Positions 10,984-23,955 of a DNA stretch of 64,000 bases are shown here, one piece after another; the first letter of the stretch is position 1, and every line of letters starts with the position of its first letter. The notes under the pieces are model-generated. The model saw only the letters and a program-made list of their open reading frames with translations. It was not told where the DNA came from and ran no database searches. Source of the stretch: Lobosporangium transversale (lineage: Eukaryota); assembly GCF_002105155.1 (NCBI RefSeq), contig NW_019029004.1, positions 310,001-374,000 of the forward strand, written 5' to 3'. Position numbers and translations under genes: made by a program.

Positions 10984-13900
10984 ATGTCCTGGCAACTCAA
11001 AAATAAGCGGTTTCAGGCTACTGGAACAGGCAATCTTAATACTTCAGGCATAGGCACCTCACATGGCGTCGGTGTTTCATCTCCCACTAGTGCTACAGGA
11101 CATCATCTACCACTTCATCTCGAAGGAGGTGAAGACATTGTACGTCAATCCGCTCCTGCCGCATCTCAAACTGACACACAAAAAACTGCATTCATGCGAT
11201 GGGTTAATGTTCATCTCGCCACCACAACCACTTATGGACCCATGACCTCTATAGAAAAAGACCTTAGGGATGGTAAAAGGCTTGTTGGATTGCTTGAAGT
11301 GGTTTCAAAAGAACCACTCAAGCCTGAACGCGGCAACATGCGTATCCATCAGATGGCAAACGTCTCCAAGGCACTATCTTTTTTGGAAAAGAAGACAGAT
11401 GAGCCGCTTGGAAGAATTGGAAATGAAGATATTGTCGACGGAAATGTCAAGCTTACACTCGGTCTCATTTGGATCATTATTTATCGGTTCCAGATCCAGA
11501 CTATCGCCAACAACATGACTGAACTGTATCCATCGCTGATTGAAGAGATGAACATGGTAACGTAGCTGAGAACCACTTTAATGCGCAGCAACAACCTATA
11601 TTCTTTTTCTTTACTTTTTTAAATACAAATATCACCAATTCCTTACTTCATTCTAGAGATACTCCATAGTTTTGTTTTATTTTTATTTTTTTACTTTATT
11701 TTACTTTATCTTATTTTAACGGATTAATTTATTATGGTTTTTGGGTGGTTGAGAGCAATTTCCGCCCACCCGTGATGCCAATCTGAAAAGATATCTCCGC
11801 ATAACGACCTTAAAAAAAAAAAAACTGAAGCTAACCTATAAACATTTTTATCAAATCAAAATATATTCTTCTGATTGTCTTAACAGGAAGATGAAAGCAA
11901 TAGCGTTGCTCCTATTTCGACACAAAAAGGGAAAAGGAAGGGTCCTTCACAGCATCAGGTCGATGCTAAACAGGCACTACTACGATGGGTGCGTTACCAG
12001 CTTGAGGATTACTCAGACATTATCCAGCCCATTCAAGATTTTCACAGATCATGGAGGACAGGAGTGGCTTTTGCAGCATTGATTCATCGGCATGATCCGG
12101 AGTACATTCCAGACTTTTATCCAGAGATTCTACAGATGCCCCATGAGACTGTCGAACAATGGCGGAGTACTCTGACTAGAGTCTTCGATATTGCTTATGA
12201 AAAATTATCCATTCCTCGGTTGCTCGACCCCAAAGATCTAGTTGATGTAGAAACGCCAGATGAAAGATCTCTTATGACATATGTCTCAGAGTATTACCTT
12301 GTCATGGCCAAACATCAACAGCAACAGGATCCAGCTCTTGCAGAATGCCTCCAAGCCTTGCGCGTTCGTGCCAAAGAGGAACGCCTAGCTGTGGCAGGCG
12401 AAGACCAGCAAGCAGCCATGCGCAGGGTACAAGAAGAGGAAGAACGCAAGAAGCAAGAGGAGCTAGAGGAACTGGAGCGCATCCGTCTTCGAAGAATGGA
12501 AATCGAGGGTTGGTCCATTCGTGCTGTCGAGAAGGCCAGAGAAGAGGAGGAGGCAAGGAGGAAACGCAGAGAAGAGGAAGAAGCAAAGAGCTTGGCACGC
12601 AAACTAAGACGTGAACAACGTGAGCGTGAGCAGGCTATGCTCCTTCAACAGGCAAATGGTGGTAAACGGCAGAGAAGCTTTTCAGTCTTGAACTCTGTTG
12701 ATTCAGGTATCGCAGAGTTGGATTCAGTTTTCATTACAGGAAAGCCAGAACCCATGGACCCCGAAGAGCTGAAAAGACGGCAAATAGAGCTGGACGAAAA
12801 ACTGAGCCTATACCTGCAGGAGTCGACAAAATTTTTAGAACGGCTTCAAAGACAAGAGGAAGAGTTTCCTGAAATACCAGATACCTCTAAACCACTTGAT
12901 CGTTCAAAAGATATAGATCCGTTTAATCTTGCTGTCGAGCAATCAGAGGAAGAACAATTGGACAAACAGGAAGAAATGACTCGTCTTCAATCTGTGCGTG
13001 ACGAGCTCTTGGATCACGAGTCTCCTGAATTAACAGCTGAACAATCTACAGAGGTCGATAAAATGTGGTGGAGCATCGATACGACCTGGAACAACCTCAA
13101 CAAGAGAATATCTGAAGCCAAAAACATTATGCAGGAGCTACAGTGGATCGTGGAATGCTCGCAAGAGATTGAACGTATCCTTGGCGATGTTCAGCGGTTC
13201 GAAGAACAGCTCCAAGCTACAGCCGAGAAACGGCTTCATGATAGCCCTCAGGATCGATCGCAACTCACGCTTCTCGATCATCAAGATTCCAACTTGCTCT
13301 CGATTCGTACGCTACTGAAGAAGTATGTTGAAATCCTGTCAACTTTGCTGGATTCCAACACCTACACAGTCCCAGAGCATCTTGAGCAGCAAAAGGCGCA
13401 AGTCAGCTCCGAGCGTCTCCCAAAACTGGACTCTAGTGTAAAGGAAGCTGAGAACAATTTAAGAAATGACCGTTTGTTGAGTGTATTTTTGAGCACATTC
13501 GACTTGTCACAAGAATGGATTCAGAAAAGTTCAGAGTGGCTCGCGACCCTCCATGCGCCAAGCTATGTGCTAGAGGATGTTTGGGCCACTGGTGAGACTG
13601 TCAAAGAATACTTAGCTAGAGATCAGTCCCGTGATGACAATCTGGATCAATACCGGGCCGAGGCTAATGAGCTTAAAGCGAAGTTGGACGAGGAGCAGGC
13701 CAGGGTGATTGAATTTAAATCAACTACAATTGAGAAATTGGATCAAGACTCTGAAGCAGTAATCGTAGGCATGGCGGAGACTAATGACGCTACTGCACAG
13801 CGAACAACTGGAACTGTCCAAGATATGACTCAAGAAATCAAAAGGGATTTGGAAAGAGTGGAGGATATGCTACCCAAGGAATTGGAACGTTGTGCTTATG

Positions 13901-15572
13901 CAATGCGTGTCCTTGACTACCTTTTTGCTATGCGTTCGACTCTTTCCTTGCTTGAGACTGCTTTTCATGCTGTCAATAGCTGGGTACTAACTCAACCCTC
14001 TACAGATGTTGAAACAGCCGTGAGCCAAGTTGAAGACAGCTACAGCTGTTTAGAGAAATCTTTCAAGACCGATAAAACCCTTCCTATTGTTTGGGAGGCA
14101 ATCCAAATCCGACATGCAGCTGTATGCAAACTTGTATTTGACCTTCGTTCTACTTTTGTCGACAAGCAGAATATTCTTAAGGCAGACCAGAAAATGAAGG
14201 AATTCCTCAAGTTTGCAGGATCCTGCCAGACGACGCTACGAGAGTTCCGATCCAAGCTTTATGCTGACGCCCCTTTAAAGGACTTTACTTTGGAGGATGA
14301 AGTACCATTTACCGAGTATAAAACAATGGTCAAGGATGTCGGTGATGCGGTTGTTGCATTTGAGGCGGAAGAATATATTAAATTTAATGAAATGGCCTCT
14401 GAGACAACTGCTGCAGTCAGCGTCCCTGGATCAAAACATGACCCGATCGTGGTTCAAAGCAGAGTTACGAGCGTCAATCGTCTTTTAAGTGATACCAAGG
14501 CGCTTCAAGTTGATCGGGAGAGAGATATTGTCACTATTGCAGAGTGTCGCCGAGTAGCAGGTTTACTTAAGGCCTTGAGGACAGAATTGAGTGAGCTTGA
14601 GTCAAGGTTTGCTGCCTTTGAGGTCACAGATGCCAGTCAGAAGAATAGTTTGGGCGGGATGATTGAGCGCTATGGCCAGCTTTCCAATGAATTTGTTCTT
14701 CACGAGCAGAGCAAAGTTTATCGCCATATCAATCGGGATCCATCTTGCATTGTTCTTCTCAAAGAAATCAAAGAACATTTGGTCAAAATTCAACAGGCCC
14801 AAACCATCCTTCAGGCTGGTCTAGAAGTTGGAGAGCAATGGAATATTCTATGGGACCAATTCATAGACCGTGTTGAGACATTAGAGCAATATCTGGACAA
14901 GACAGAGAAGGGTATTCTGGAACGAGGCATTGCTACGGCTGATGGCCTTGCAGATGGCGACATTAAGTGGAGAAAGAGCGAGGACGAGTTGCATGATGTT
15001 GAAGAGATCAACCATCAAACGCTTACAAGTCTGAAAGAATTCCAAAGACAACGCATGCTGGAGCTTTCGAACTTAAAAGTGGCTCTCCATCAAGCTGTCC
15101 AGCTGTCAGGCGGCATCGAATCCTTGGATCAGATCCGTATGAAGCAGTACCATGAAGCAGAGCAACATCAACAACGATTGAGAGAGCATCTTCAACGTCT
15201 CTATTTACTAAACCGTAAGGAAGGCTTCCAACTAGAGATTCTCGGACAGCGCTTGGTCTGGTCACAGCAGACTGCAGAATCGAAGAAAGAGCTTGGTATC
15301 TCGATTTCAGCCTGTCAAGGTAAAGCTTTATCAAAATGCATTCCTCTCCTTTACACGTTGTCACTCTTTTCTAACGCTTATATGTATATCTCACTATTAT
15401 TCTGAACTGCTAGACATTGTGGAAGATTATGCCGACTTGCTAGAAAAGTGCGATGAGCGTAACGGAACTGCAGGTTAGTAGAAGCGAAATGAACAGTATT
15501 GCATCTAGATTAATTGATATGAGGTTTTTATTATTTTACATTAACACATATCCCATTTTTATATATATATTT

Positions 15573-15607
<35 letters not shown>

Positions 15608-17317
15608 TCTCAATCCAAAGACACTAGAGCAGCTCAAACATCAATTAGATCAAGTTACGGCCAGAGTAACAGCTCATAAAGAGGCTTCTTTTGACGTAAG
15701 TCTTACTATCTACGCTTCCCTTGCAGAACTCGCAACCACTGCTGCTCCTGGAGAAACCGAGTCTACCGAGAAGAGGGTTCCTCCTCATTTGGAGGCCGAA
15801 CTTCTCGAATTCAAGAGCCGCTACGAACTGGTGGAGCTTCACATAGAGTATATTCGTCAGGTTGTGGGTCATGCTGCCCAGGCAGTTGAATACGTACGAA
15901 GAATTGACGCTATGGATAGCGATTTATTGCGTATGGCTACGGAGCTCAAGGCCGATAAAGAAGCCGATCCTACTGCGCTTGATAGGCTTGAAGTTATTCG
16001 TGCCGAACTTCAGGATTTAACTAGTGAAGCCAATAAGGTCGTCGAGATGCCTAAGCCTTCTGAAAAGATCATAGAGATGTACAGTTCCCGACGACAGCCA
16101 AATCGCGCTTGCCTAGAGAAGGTTCTCAGGTCACGCCTAGCCCGCAGCAACGACTTGAATCGGGTTCTTGATTCTCTACTTTCTGATTTCAAAGCACTGC
16201 TGGCTTACCAGAATGGCCTCCGTAAATTGCTGGAAGAGCTCAACGATCACAGCAGCTGGGTAGGTCGTTCTAACCAGAAAGTACAAAAAACCCATGATCA
16301 GATCAAGCAAATGTTCAAGTCTTGGCCAGGGGATGAGCTTGAGAAGCTGAAATTGCAGGCGCACGATTCTATGATGCTCTTTGATGTGGATGAGCAAGTC
16401 GTGGTTGATGAACTAGATGTACTCATGGCTGACATGGATAGGGAGTTTACTCATGTACAGACGCAAAAGGCCGAGTTCTTGAAGACCAAGCAGAAGGTGG
16501 AGTTAGCCTTATGCGAAGCAACAACGAGTTCAAAGCAGCTGCAGATGGAGCTCGAGTGGTGTATTGACCATTTAGCGCGCTCTATTCAGCAGCTTGAGAC
16601 TGACATTCGCTTCAGGTCGTTGCAACTTCAGGCACTGGAGAAGCGTGCCATCTGGGAGAAGGAAATTGAGGTTGCACGCTCATGGTTCAAGGATTTTGCC
16701 AAGGCTGTGATCATCTTTGCACGTGAACAAGCGAAGTGGAAGGCCAACCATAAAGAATTTGATGATACGTCGTCAATGCGATCCTATCGGACGACAGCCA
16801 GTCGAATGGTTATTGACCGCCTAGGCAGGTCCGTGCTGGAATTTGATGAGCAAGTGGAGATTTTTGAGACAGAGTCTCGACCACGTGTCGATAAAGCATG
16901 GTCGGATCTGTGCTCTGCGCTTTCATTAATCGCACGGTCGGTCCCAGATGAGTTCCAGGGAAGACAATGTGCGCTCGGCGATGAGTTTGAAGAGATCCGT
17001 GAGCAGGTCGCGTATAGTACAAAGATTGTCACTCAGCGTAAATCTCTCGAAGAGATGGCCATGCGACTGGAGGAGTTAGAGAACGAATATGGAAACGAGG
17101 TTGGATCCATCAAGAGTGGATGGACTGCGCATGTGCCTATTAAGACCAAGCCTCCTAAGAAACGTAAGCACAAAAACGAACTTAATGGTTTCATTATTGA
17201 ATCTGTGAAAGGTTTATTTTCTAACAGATTTTTTTTTTCTTTTTTTATTAACCATTAGAAAAAGGATGGAGTAAATTTCAGGCCAAGGTCAAGAAGCTAA
17301 CACGGAAGCAACATTAA
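10984..17317 (+). CDS. Large actin-binding protein: tandem calponin-homology domains plus long spectrin-like/coiled-coil rod (about 1,900 aa)
   Basis: CH1 TQKTAFMRWVNVHL...DLRDGKRLVGLLEV...IVDGNVKLTLGLIWIII; CH2 AKQALLRWVR...DFHRSWRTGVAFAALIHRHDP...IPRLLDPKDL...PDERSLMTYVSEYY. Inferred exons about 10984-11556, 11887-15319, 15414-15473, 15607-17163, 17259-17317. Confidence 0.85.
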
Positions 17318-17661
17318 AGACGATTTAATAATTTTCCTTTATTTTATTTTTATATTTATCCAGTCATATACCCTCATCAATACACCTTCACTGCATCTTT
17401 GCACAACTTTATACATTGCAACCTAAAAAAAATACATACAGTGATGTAGCGACTTCTTGGAGATGACATCTTGGAGTTACTATTGTTATGACCTTTTTCT
17501 TAATAAAAATAATGATCTCTTCTTATTAAGACATTAAATCAAAATTAGACATCAAGGAAATACGACTCTAAATATGCTTTCAACCCGTAATCTCACAAAC
17601 TTTCAGACAAAGAAGAGGCTGTCTGTAGAGGGCAATTTATTAAACAAACAAAATTAAAGTT

Positions 17662-19893
17662 CTAAGTGAGGCTGTCCAATAGTGCTGTCGTCGAAGCCTC
17701 TCGCCGGAGAATAGGCCGTACTGTTTGACATTGAATCGAGAAAGAGGCCGCTCGTACCATCCTAGGCGGCACAAATGGTTCTATTGAACCACTCTCCGAT
17801 TTTTGCGGAGCACGACCCATTCCTCCGTGGCTTCTGGCCCTTTCTCTTGAAAAAGCACGCTTCTGGGGACTCTTCGGACGTACTTGGCTAACTTGTTGTT
17901 CTAATGAATCCATCGGAAGCACTTCGCCCATTACAATGTCCGTATCATCACATTCATTAGTCTGATAATCAAGGAACGATGAGTCAAGACGTTTACTTAA
18001 AGCTGTTGAGCCTACTATATCGGTGATTTCCCGCTCTGCATCTTGCTCATTCATGTCGTCAAGGAGAGTGATTTGTGAACCTTGACGCCATAACAAAGGC
18101 GGCTTAACTATGCTTTTTGGTGACTCTATTGTCGCCGCCGCTGATGTGCTAGCGCTTCCTACCGCTGGCGCAGATAATTGATGCTTCAAAAGAGGTACCT
18201 TTGGAGGGTTCGTCGTGGAGAATATAGTTTGATCAAATAGGGGCTCTGGGGAGGGTGAGGAAGCCAATGAACCAAGTGGTTCAGAACAGCTGGGAGCGGT
18301 CAGGGCGGGCGTATGGGCCGTACGGGCTTGAGCTGAGCTCCATAGCCGATCGAGGCTGGAGGCGATGTTCAAAAAAGTATTATGATTGCTGTTAAAATTA
18401 TCTGATTGGGAGGTCTGCGAAAGATTGAGAGCGTTCTCATTAGTCGCTGTAGATGTGGAGGGAGATGTATTCGAACCAGCGGTGCGTCGGGTGCCCTGAG
18501 CCGAATGAGAAGAAGCATCAATATTTGCTTGGGTCGGTTGGCTCGATAGTCCAGGGACTATCAATAATGAAGACCAGCTCCACCATGGTGGAGGGTTTGG
18601 GTATTGATCATCTGGTCCAACGCATGCTTTTCCATGGTGCATATGGTGCTGAGGATTGTATTGATCGACCTCAAGATCTTCATCCCTCTCATCTTCGGTG
18701 TAGTCGCTGTCACTGCAGTACTCCAAGGCATTGTTTTCTTTGGAAGATATAATAGTGGATCCATGTTCATAACCAAAGATAGAGTTTTTGGAGTCATCGA
18801 ATCGCACTGTCTTTTTAAGAGGACTCGTAACAGGTGATTCTTTGTTTTCTGAGAAAGAGGGTTTTGGCGATTGCTGTTGAAACTGCGTCTGTGGAGGCGA
18901 TACTGAAGGCTGAGTGTAGGGCAAGGAATGGGGAGAGGTATTGTCTTGGCCAGAAATACGTCTCTTTTTTGTATGAAACTCTATATCAGCATCAAATTCC
19001 TTAAATAATAAATTTTGGAATGAAAATTACGGAATGTTGATTAGTGGACCGTGCGGGTGATGTGAGATATTTGTAGGAACGTCCTCAGCGGTCCTCACGT
19101 ATTAACCATTTCAATAAAAAGTGATTTTCGATTTTCCTCTTGCTTTTAGGCATTTTGGTAAGACGTTGAGTCACCGTACCTGTGACGAGAGTAAGGACGT
19201 ATCACTTGGTTCTGAAGATAATGGCAGCGACGTTGGTGAATCAGCGACTGATGGATCCGCTAGAGTTTCATCTTGGTCATCGAGCATGTCATCGCTATCC
19301 ATGTATAGTACATTATTTGGTGGAGTCCTTGGACTGTCGTTGGTGATAGCTGAGGAGTGTCTCATAATTGAATACGCAGACAATTTTAAGTGAGGGCCAG
19401 ATGAATTGGATTGAGTTAATGGAGAAGCATTTCTTACTGACTTTGAGTCGGATCTTCTGAAAGGTGAAGACCAAAATTCAGGCCGTCCGATAAGACTGTT
19501 GGCCTTTGTATTCTCCCTGGTGGCCCTAGCAAGCTCGACAGCTTCAGGTGTTAGTCCGGCCAAAGAGTCGAAAAGGCTAAGGCCTGCTGATTGAGACATA
19601 TTACTACTCGTTTTAATAGACTCGGCGATAGTGCTCGTTAGCGAAGAGGATGAAGCAGGTGATTTGCATGAAGTGATCTGGTTGTTGTTATTATTATCGC
19701 TGATGCCTCTGTTGCTACTGCTGTTGGCATCAATGTTGTCGCTATTATCCAAAACAGTGATTGAAGGGCAGTCTGCAAGGGCGTGAGGTGTGGGAGACCT
19801 GGTAAGCCTTCGTTTTTTAGATGGATACGAAACAGAAGCAGTAAGGGATGCATTGTCTTTTTGGAAAGATGAATGCTCGTGTTCTTTCCCCAT
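17662..19893 (-). CDS. Uncharacterised Ser/Pro-rich, probably disordered protein (2 exons)
   Basis: ORFs 19171-19971 and 17662-18924 join in frame through intron 19000-19179 (CAG|GTACGG...AAG|GAA). Likely ATG at 19893 (MGKEHEH). Contains KKRR NLS-like motifs and KKTVRF. Confidence 0.7.
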
Positions 19894-21672
19894 TATGCTT
19901 AGTGTTACTGAGAAATAACAAGTTGCGAGCTGAATGGTAGATTGAAGCAAAATAATGAGAGTCAGGTGCACAAACAGAGAAGGAAAATATGGAAGAAAGA
20001 GCGAGAGAAAGAACCTGCGAAGGGAGAGAGGATAAAGAGTGTTTATGGTGAAGGGTGGATGGGTAGAGGAGAAAAGAGGATAAGTAGTGACATCGCCAGA
20101 AAAAAAAAAGAAAAGGAGAAAAAAAAAAGTCAGCAGAAGCTGATGTATTTATATTAAATATATTAAACGTGAATAGCTAGAAGAATTATTGGTTTTAGCT
20201 TGGCATTCCCATCATTTGCACCATCCAGTGACAGTAAAGAGAAAGAACCAACGTTGCCTACCACTTCTGATTATATTAATAAACACACTATTCCTGTCTC
20301 CCCCGCTCTCTACTCTCGCACCTATCCTGTTTGTATCTGGCACTCCCCTGGCTAGCAGGACTGGCAGTTGTATGCCATCCTTTGTCCGCTACTACTGTTA
20401 CCAGTAATCGGTTCATTTTGAGGTATGCCTGACTTCTCTCGAAAATACAATACAGATACAAGTTGCCTTCCCCCACACAGCAGCAATAGGCTCAATCTAT
20501 AATAACGAGGGCACCATGGTTTGCATTGATTAGGCATGTATGCGATGCTTTTTGCATGATGGGTTTCTCTTAAGAGACTGAGAACATAGACTGAGTTGGC
20601 GTGTTTGGTGGCAACTGAGCCCTTTTTTTTTTTTTTTTTTTTTTGAGTTTGGCAAATCACAAATAGTTGGGTAAGGTCATGTCAATTGAGAATGACTCAG
20701 TCCACCTTGCATCTGTTTTTAGCACCCATCAAATGACTTTTTTTTTTTTTTTATTTTATTTTATTTTTTTTATTTATGCCACATGTGCCTTTTAGAAATT
20801 TTTTAAGTATATATATTGGATATCATCGGTAACACTTCTTTGGGTGCCCAGGATCATGGTTATCCTCTATGTCGTGGCAAGACGATCCGAAGAGTTGGAT
20901 TACTAACATCAGTGTTGGTGATACAAAAACAGTAATGAAGGGGCTACAGATTATGTGAACACCCCTATTTTGTAATGATCCTCTGGCGCATAACTCGCTT
21001 GTCTCGCCACAATCTGACACCTCTGTTGCTCTCGCATCGTTTTATAATTTGATTGCGCCGCAGTACCTGCGAATGGTCTGACCACCGCGAATCGCTATCT
21101 ATTCGTTCTGGTTTTGTTTTATTGTTCTACAGGATGTTTACTCCTGGATACATCCTTTGTTAAATTTTCTAACGCCTCCAGAACACTCCTCTACACCTGA
21201 ACCATGGGATCTGATCCCCTATATGTTCATACAAAACCGCTAAAACACAGGCCGCCGCAAAACCAAAAAGGCGTCAAACGAAGGACAAGGCTGAAGGGCG
21301 AGATCCTTGACTATATCTTATTTTGAGTCATCCATGATTGGCTGTAAAGCTGTGAGTTGGCTCTTGTATAAGATGTTTGAGCCTGTCTTGCATCTTTCTG
21401 CTACCATACTCTTAAAAAAGAAGTGAAATCATGAATTGACTAAAATGTGATCGGTTGGTACAGCATATGTCGCATAAAATCGAGTGTTTCCATATTTTCT
21501 TCTTTGAGGCTTCTTTTCAAATCGTACAAAGCCATATATGCTCTCTGCGGTAGAGAAAAGCTTAAAGTAATATTGATAGGGAGAATAATGAAAATGTATT
21601 CAGTAGTTTGGGCTTCTCCCGGACAAATCTATTTCTTTATTGAACTGATAGAGCAGGTTTAAGATTTTAAAT

Positions 21673-23590
21673 TCATGCAGAGGTGGTTGAATAAAATTTA
21701 ATTGCTTTGTCATCTGATACAGAGGCAAATTTATTGCCTTGCTTGTTCCACGCAAGACCCCAGACTTGATCACTGTGGCCATCCATGGTGTCAATGCACT
21801 GGTCTGCTACTAAATCCCATAACTTCACTTTACTGTCGCTTGATCTACAGAATCAAAGTAAAAAAACGGTATGTCGTTCAGTGTTTATATACGGTCCAAG
21901 GCGCAGGCTCTATCGTTAGCAAGTAACTTACCCACTGGCAACATGAACGCCATCGCTGCTGACGGCAACGCTTAGTACCCAAGCAGAATGTCCTGAAAGT
22001 GTACGAATGGTATTTCCATGAACACTAAAGGTGAAAATACCAAAGCGGAATAGAGTTAGAACATAGATGTAAATAAGTGTTAAGTTTCGACGAGGCTGAA
22101 AGAAATTAGAAGTGGCTGGATCTTTACGCATCATGAATCATAATCCTCTTGTCATCAGAGCCCGTCATCAGTTTCGAAGAGTCACTGGAGAAAGCCAATG
22201 AACGAACAGTCATAGCATGACCTAGACCAAAAAATAAAGGGGAATCACAAGTTAGAATGCCAACAGCATTCATGCGTTTTTGTTGTTTAATATCAAAATA
22301 GCGTGAGCACAAACCTTTGAACGTATTGCGCAGCTTTCCAGTGGCAACATCAAATAACAGCACTGTTGCTGAATCAGGCGATGCCTCTGTTCCACAAGCG
22401 ATATATTCTCCGTTGGGACTCTATTGCGAAATATCAGCAGTAAAAAAAACTCAAATCTAGTCAATATCATAAGGGAATGTAATGCCGTTCTCGCTTCCTT
22501 CTTAATCCCACTCGATCCTTTCAACAAGATGATTATGTTGCTTAATAGAAGTCATCTTACATAAGCAACACACATCGAGAATTTGCCGCGGCCTTCAAAT
22601 GTTTGCACCTTTTCTCCTGATTCTACGCTGAATTGATTTATATCTCCTGAAGATGACCCTGTAGCAATGTGTTTCCCATCTGGCGAAAACTTCGCTGTCC
22701 ATGCTTGAACTATATTTGATATCCAAGAGAATTAAAGTACTTGGTAAAAAATCATTGTATTAACCTGCAAAAAAAAAAAAAAAAAAAAAAAAAAGCCCAT
22801 CGTCGAGTAAAAGAAGAGTAAAAAACAAGAAGCAAATATTATATCCGTACCCGCGCCAGCGTCGATGACTTTGTGTTGTTTAATATTCTCCAGATCCCAG
22901 ATCCTGATTTGACTATCCAGGGATGTTGAAACAGCCACTATTCCCAAGCACATAAAAAGAATTGTATGATGAGCCAGCTTGCAAATGCCCCGTGGAGGCA
23001 ACGCCATAAAGAGTTAAAAAAGGAATAGCCAGACAACTAGGTTGGGCTCCCTACGTGTCCCATCGGCATTGGTATCCACAGAATTAACGCCCAGCTGGTG
23101 ACCAGTTAATGTCCCTTTTAATTCGCCACTGTCAGTATCCCTATTAATGATGAACGTTGTAATGGATTTGGCGTCTGAATGAGTATCTTCCCTTTTAACT
23201 AGCTACTAATCAAAACTAACGTCTTCTAAAAAAGATTTCAGAAAAGCATACCAAACCTTGACAGTAGCATCGAGCGAGCCAGTTACAAGCGCATTTTTTG
23301 ATGACCATGCAACGCTCCAAATGCCGTCCTCATGTGCTTAAAGTTAAGAAAGGGCATGGGTCAATTTAGCTATATGAATAAGCTCGTATTGCCAATTCAA
23401 GAGGCTAGGTATAATAGGTAGTATGCTTTACCATCCTCTTTAGTCAAACTAGTCAAGAACTGGGTAGGCTAAAGAATGTCATGTACAGGAAAACAAATAA
23501 GAGACGTGTTAATGAAAAGCATTCCATCTCTTTTTAACGCGTTCAATGTCATGATAGCCCTAGTTCCTTGCGCTTGCCTTCCCATACCAT
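21673..23590 (-). CDS. SKI8: WD40 protein WDR61/Ski8 (10 exons, the first being ATG only)
   Basis: Spliced: AHEDGIWSVAW...VTGSLDATVKVW...LTGHQLGVNSVD...STSLDSQIRIWDLE...IDAGAVQAWTAKFSPDG...GHAMTVRSLAFS...GHSAWVLSVA...GHSDQVWGLAW. This follows the WDR61 repeat pattern. Confidence 0.88.
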
Positions 23591-23955
23591 ACTATATACT
23601 GTAATAGAGGATGTGCTCAAAGAATGGGGAGCTATTTATCTGATGGATGAATGTACTGGCGCAATAGTAAAGACGCGTCGTCTGCGTTGCAGGTCTTAAT
23701 GGTTTAATATGAATGTTTATGATTGTGGCGCAGTTTAACGATCCTTCTCGTTGCCACATTTGGCTATTCTTGTCTTTCTGGAAACTGAAACTGAAATTGT
23801 AATAATTGATTCAGTACCTCTACTCCTCTTTGCGAGGAAAAAATAAAAAAATATTAAAAAATTCTCATCTTCCAACATTAACACATCACCTTCCTAGTAT
23901 TAAGTTAGACTACTCCTATACTTCTTATTAACTCCTTCGCCAATCCATTACTATT

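Noticed and set aside
15696..15726. Apparent mini-intron GTAAGT...TTGCAG in the CH-rod gene
   Set aside because: Removing 31 nt shifts the frame, while the unspliced sequence reads through in frame.
20810..21400. Cluster of short hairpins; possible snoRNA or ncRNA
   Set aside because: No canonical C/D or H/ACA boxes, and 5-9 bp stems with G-U pairs are expected by chance.
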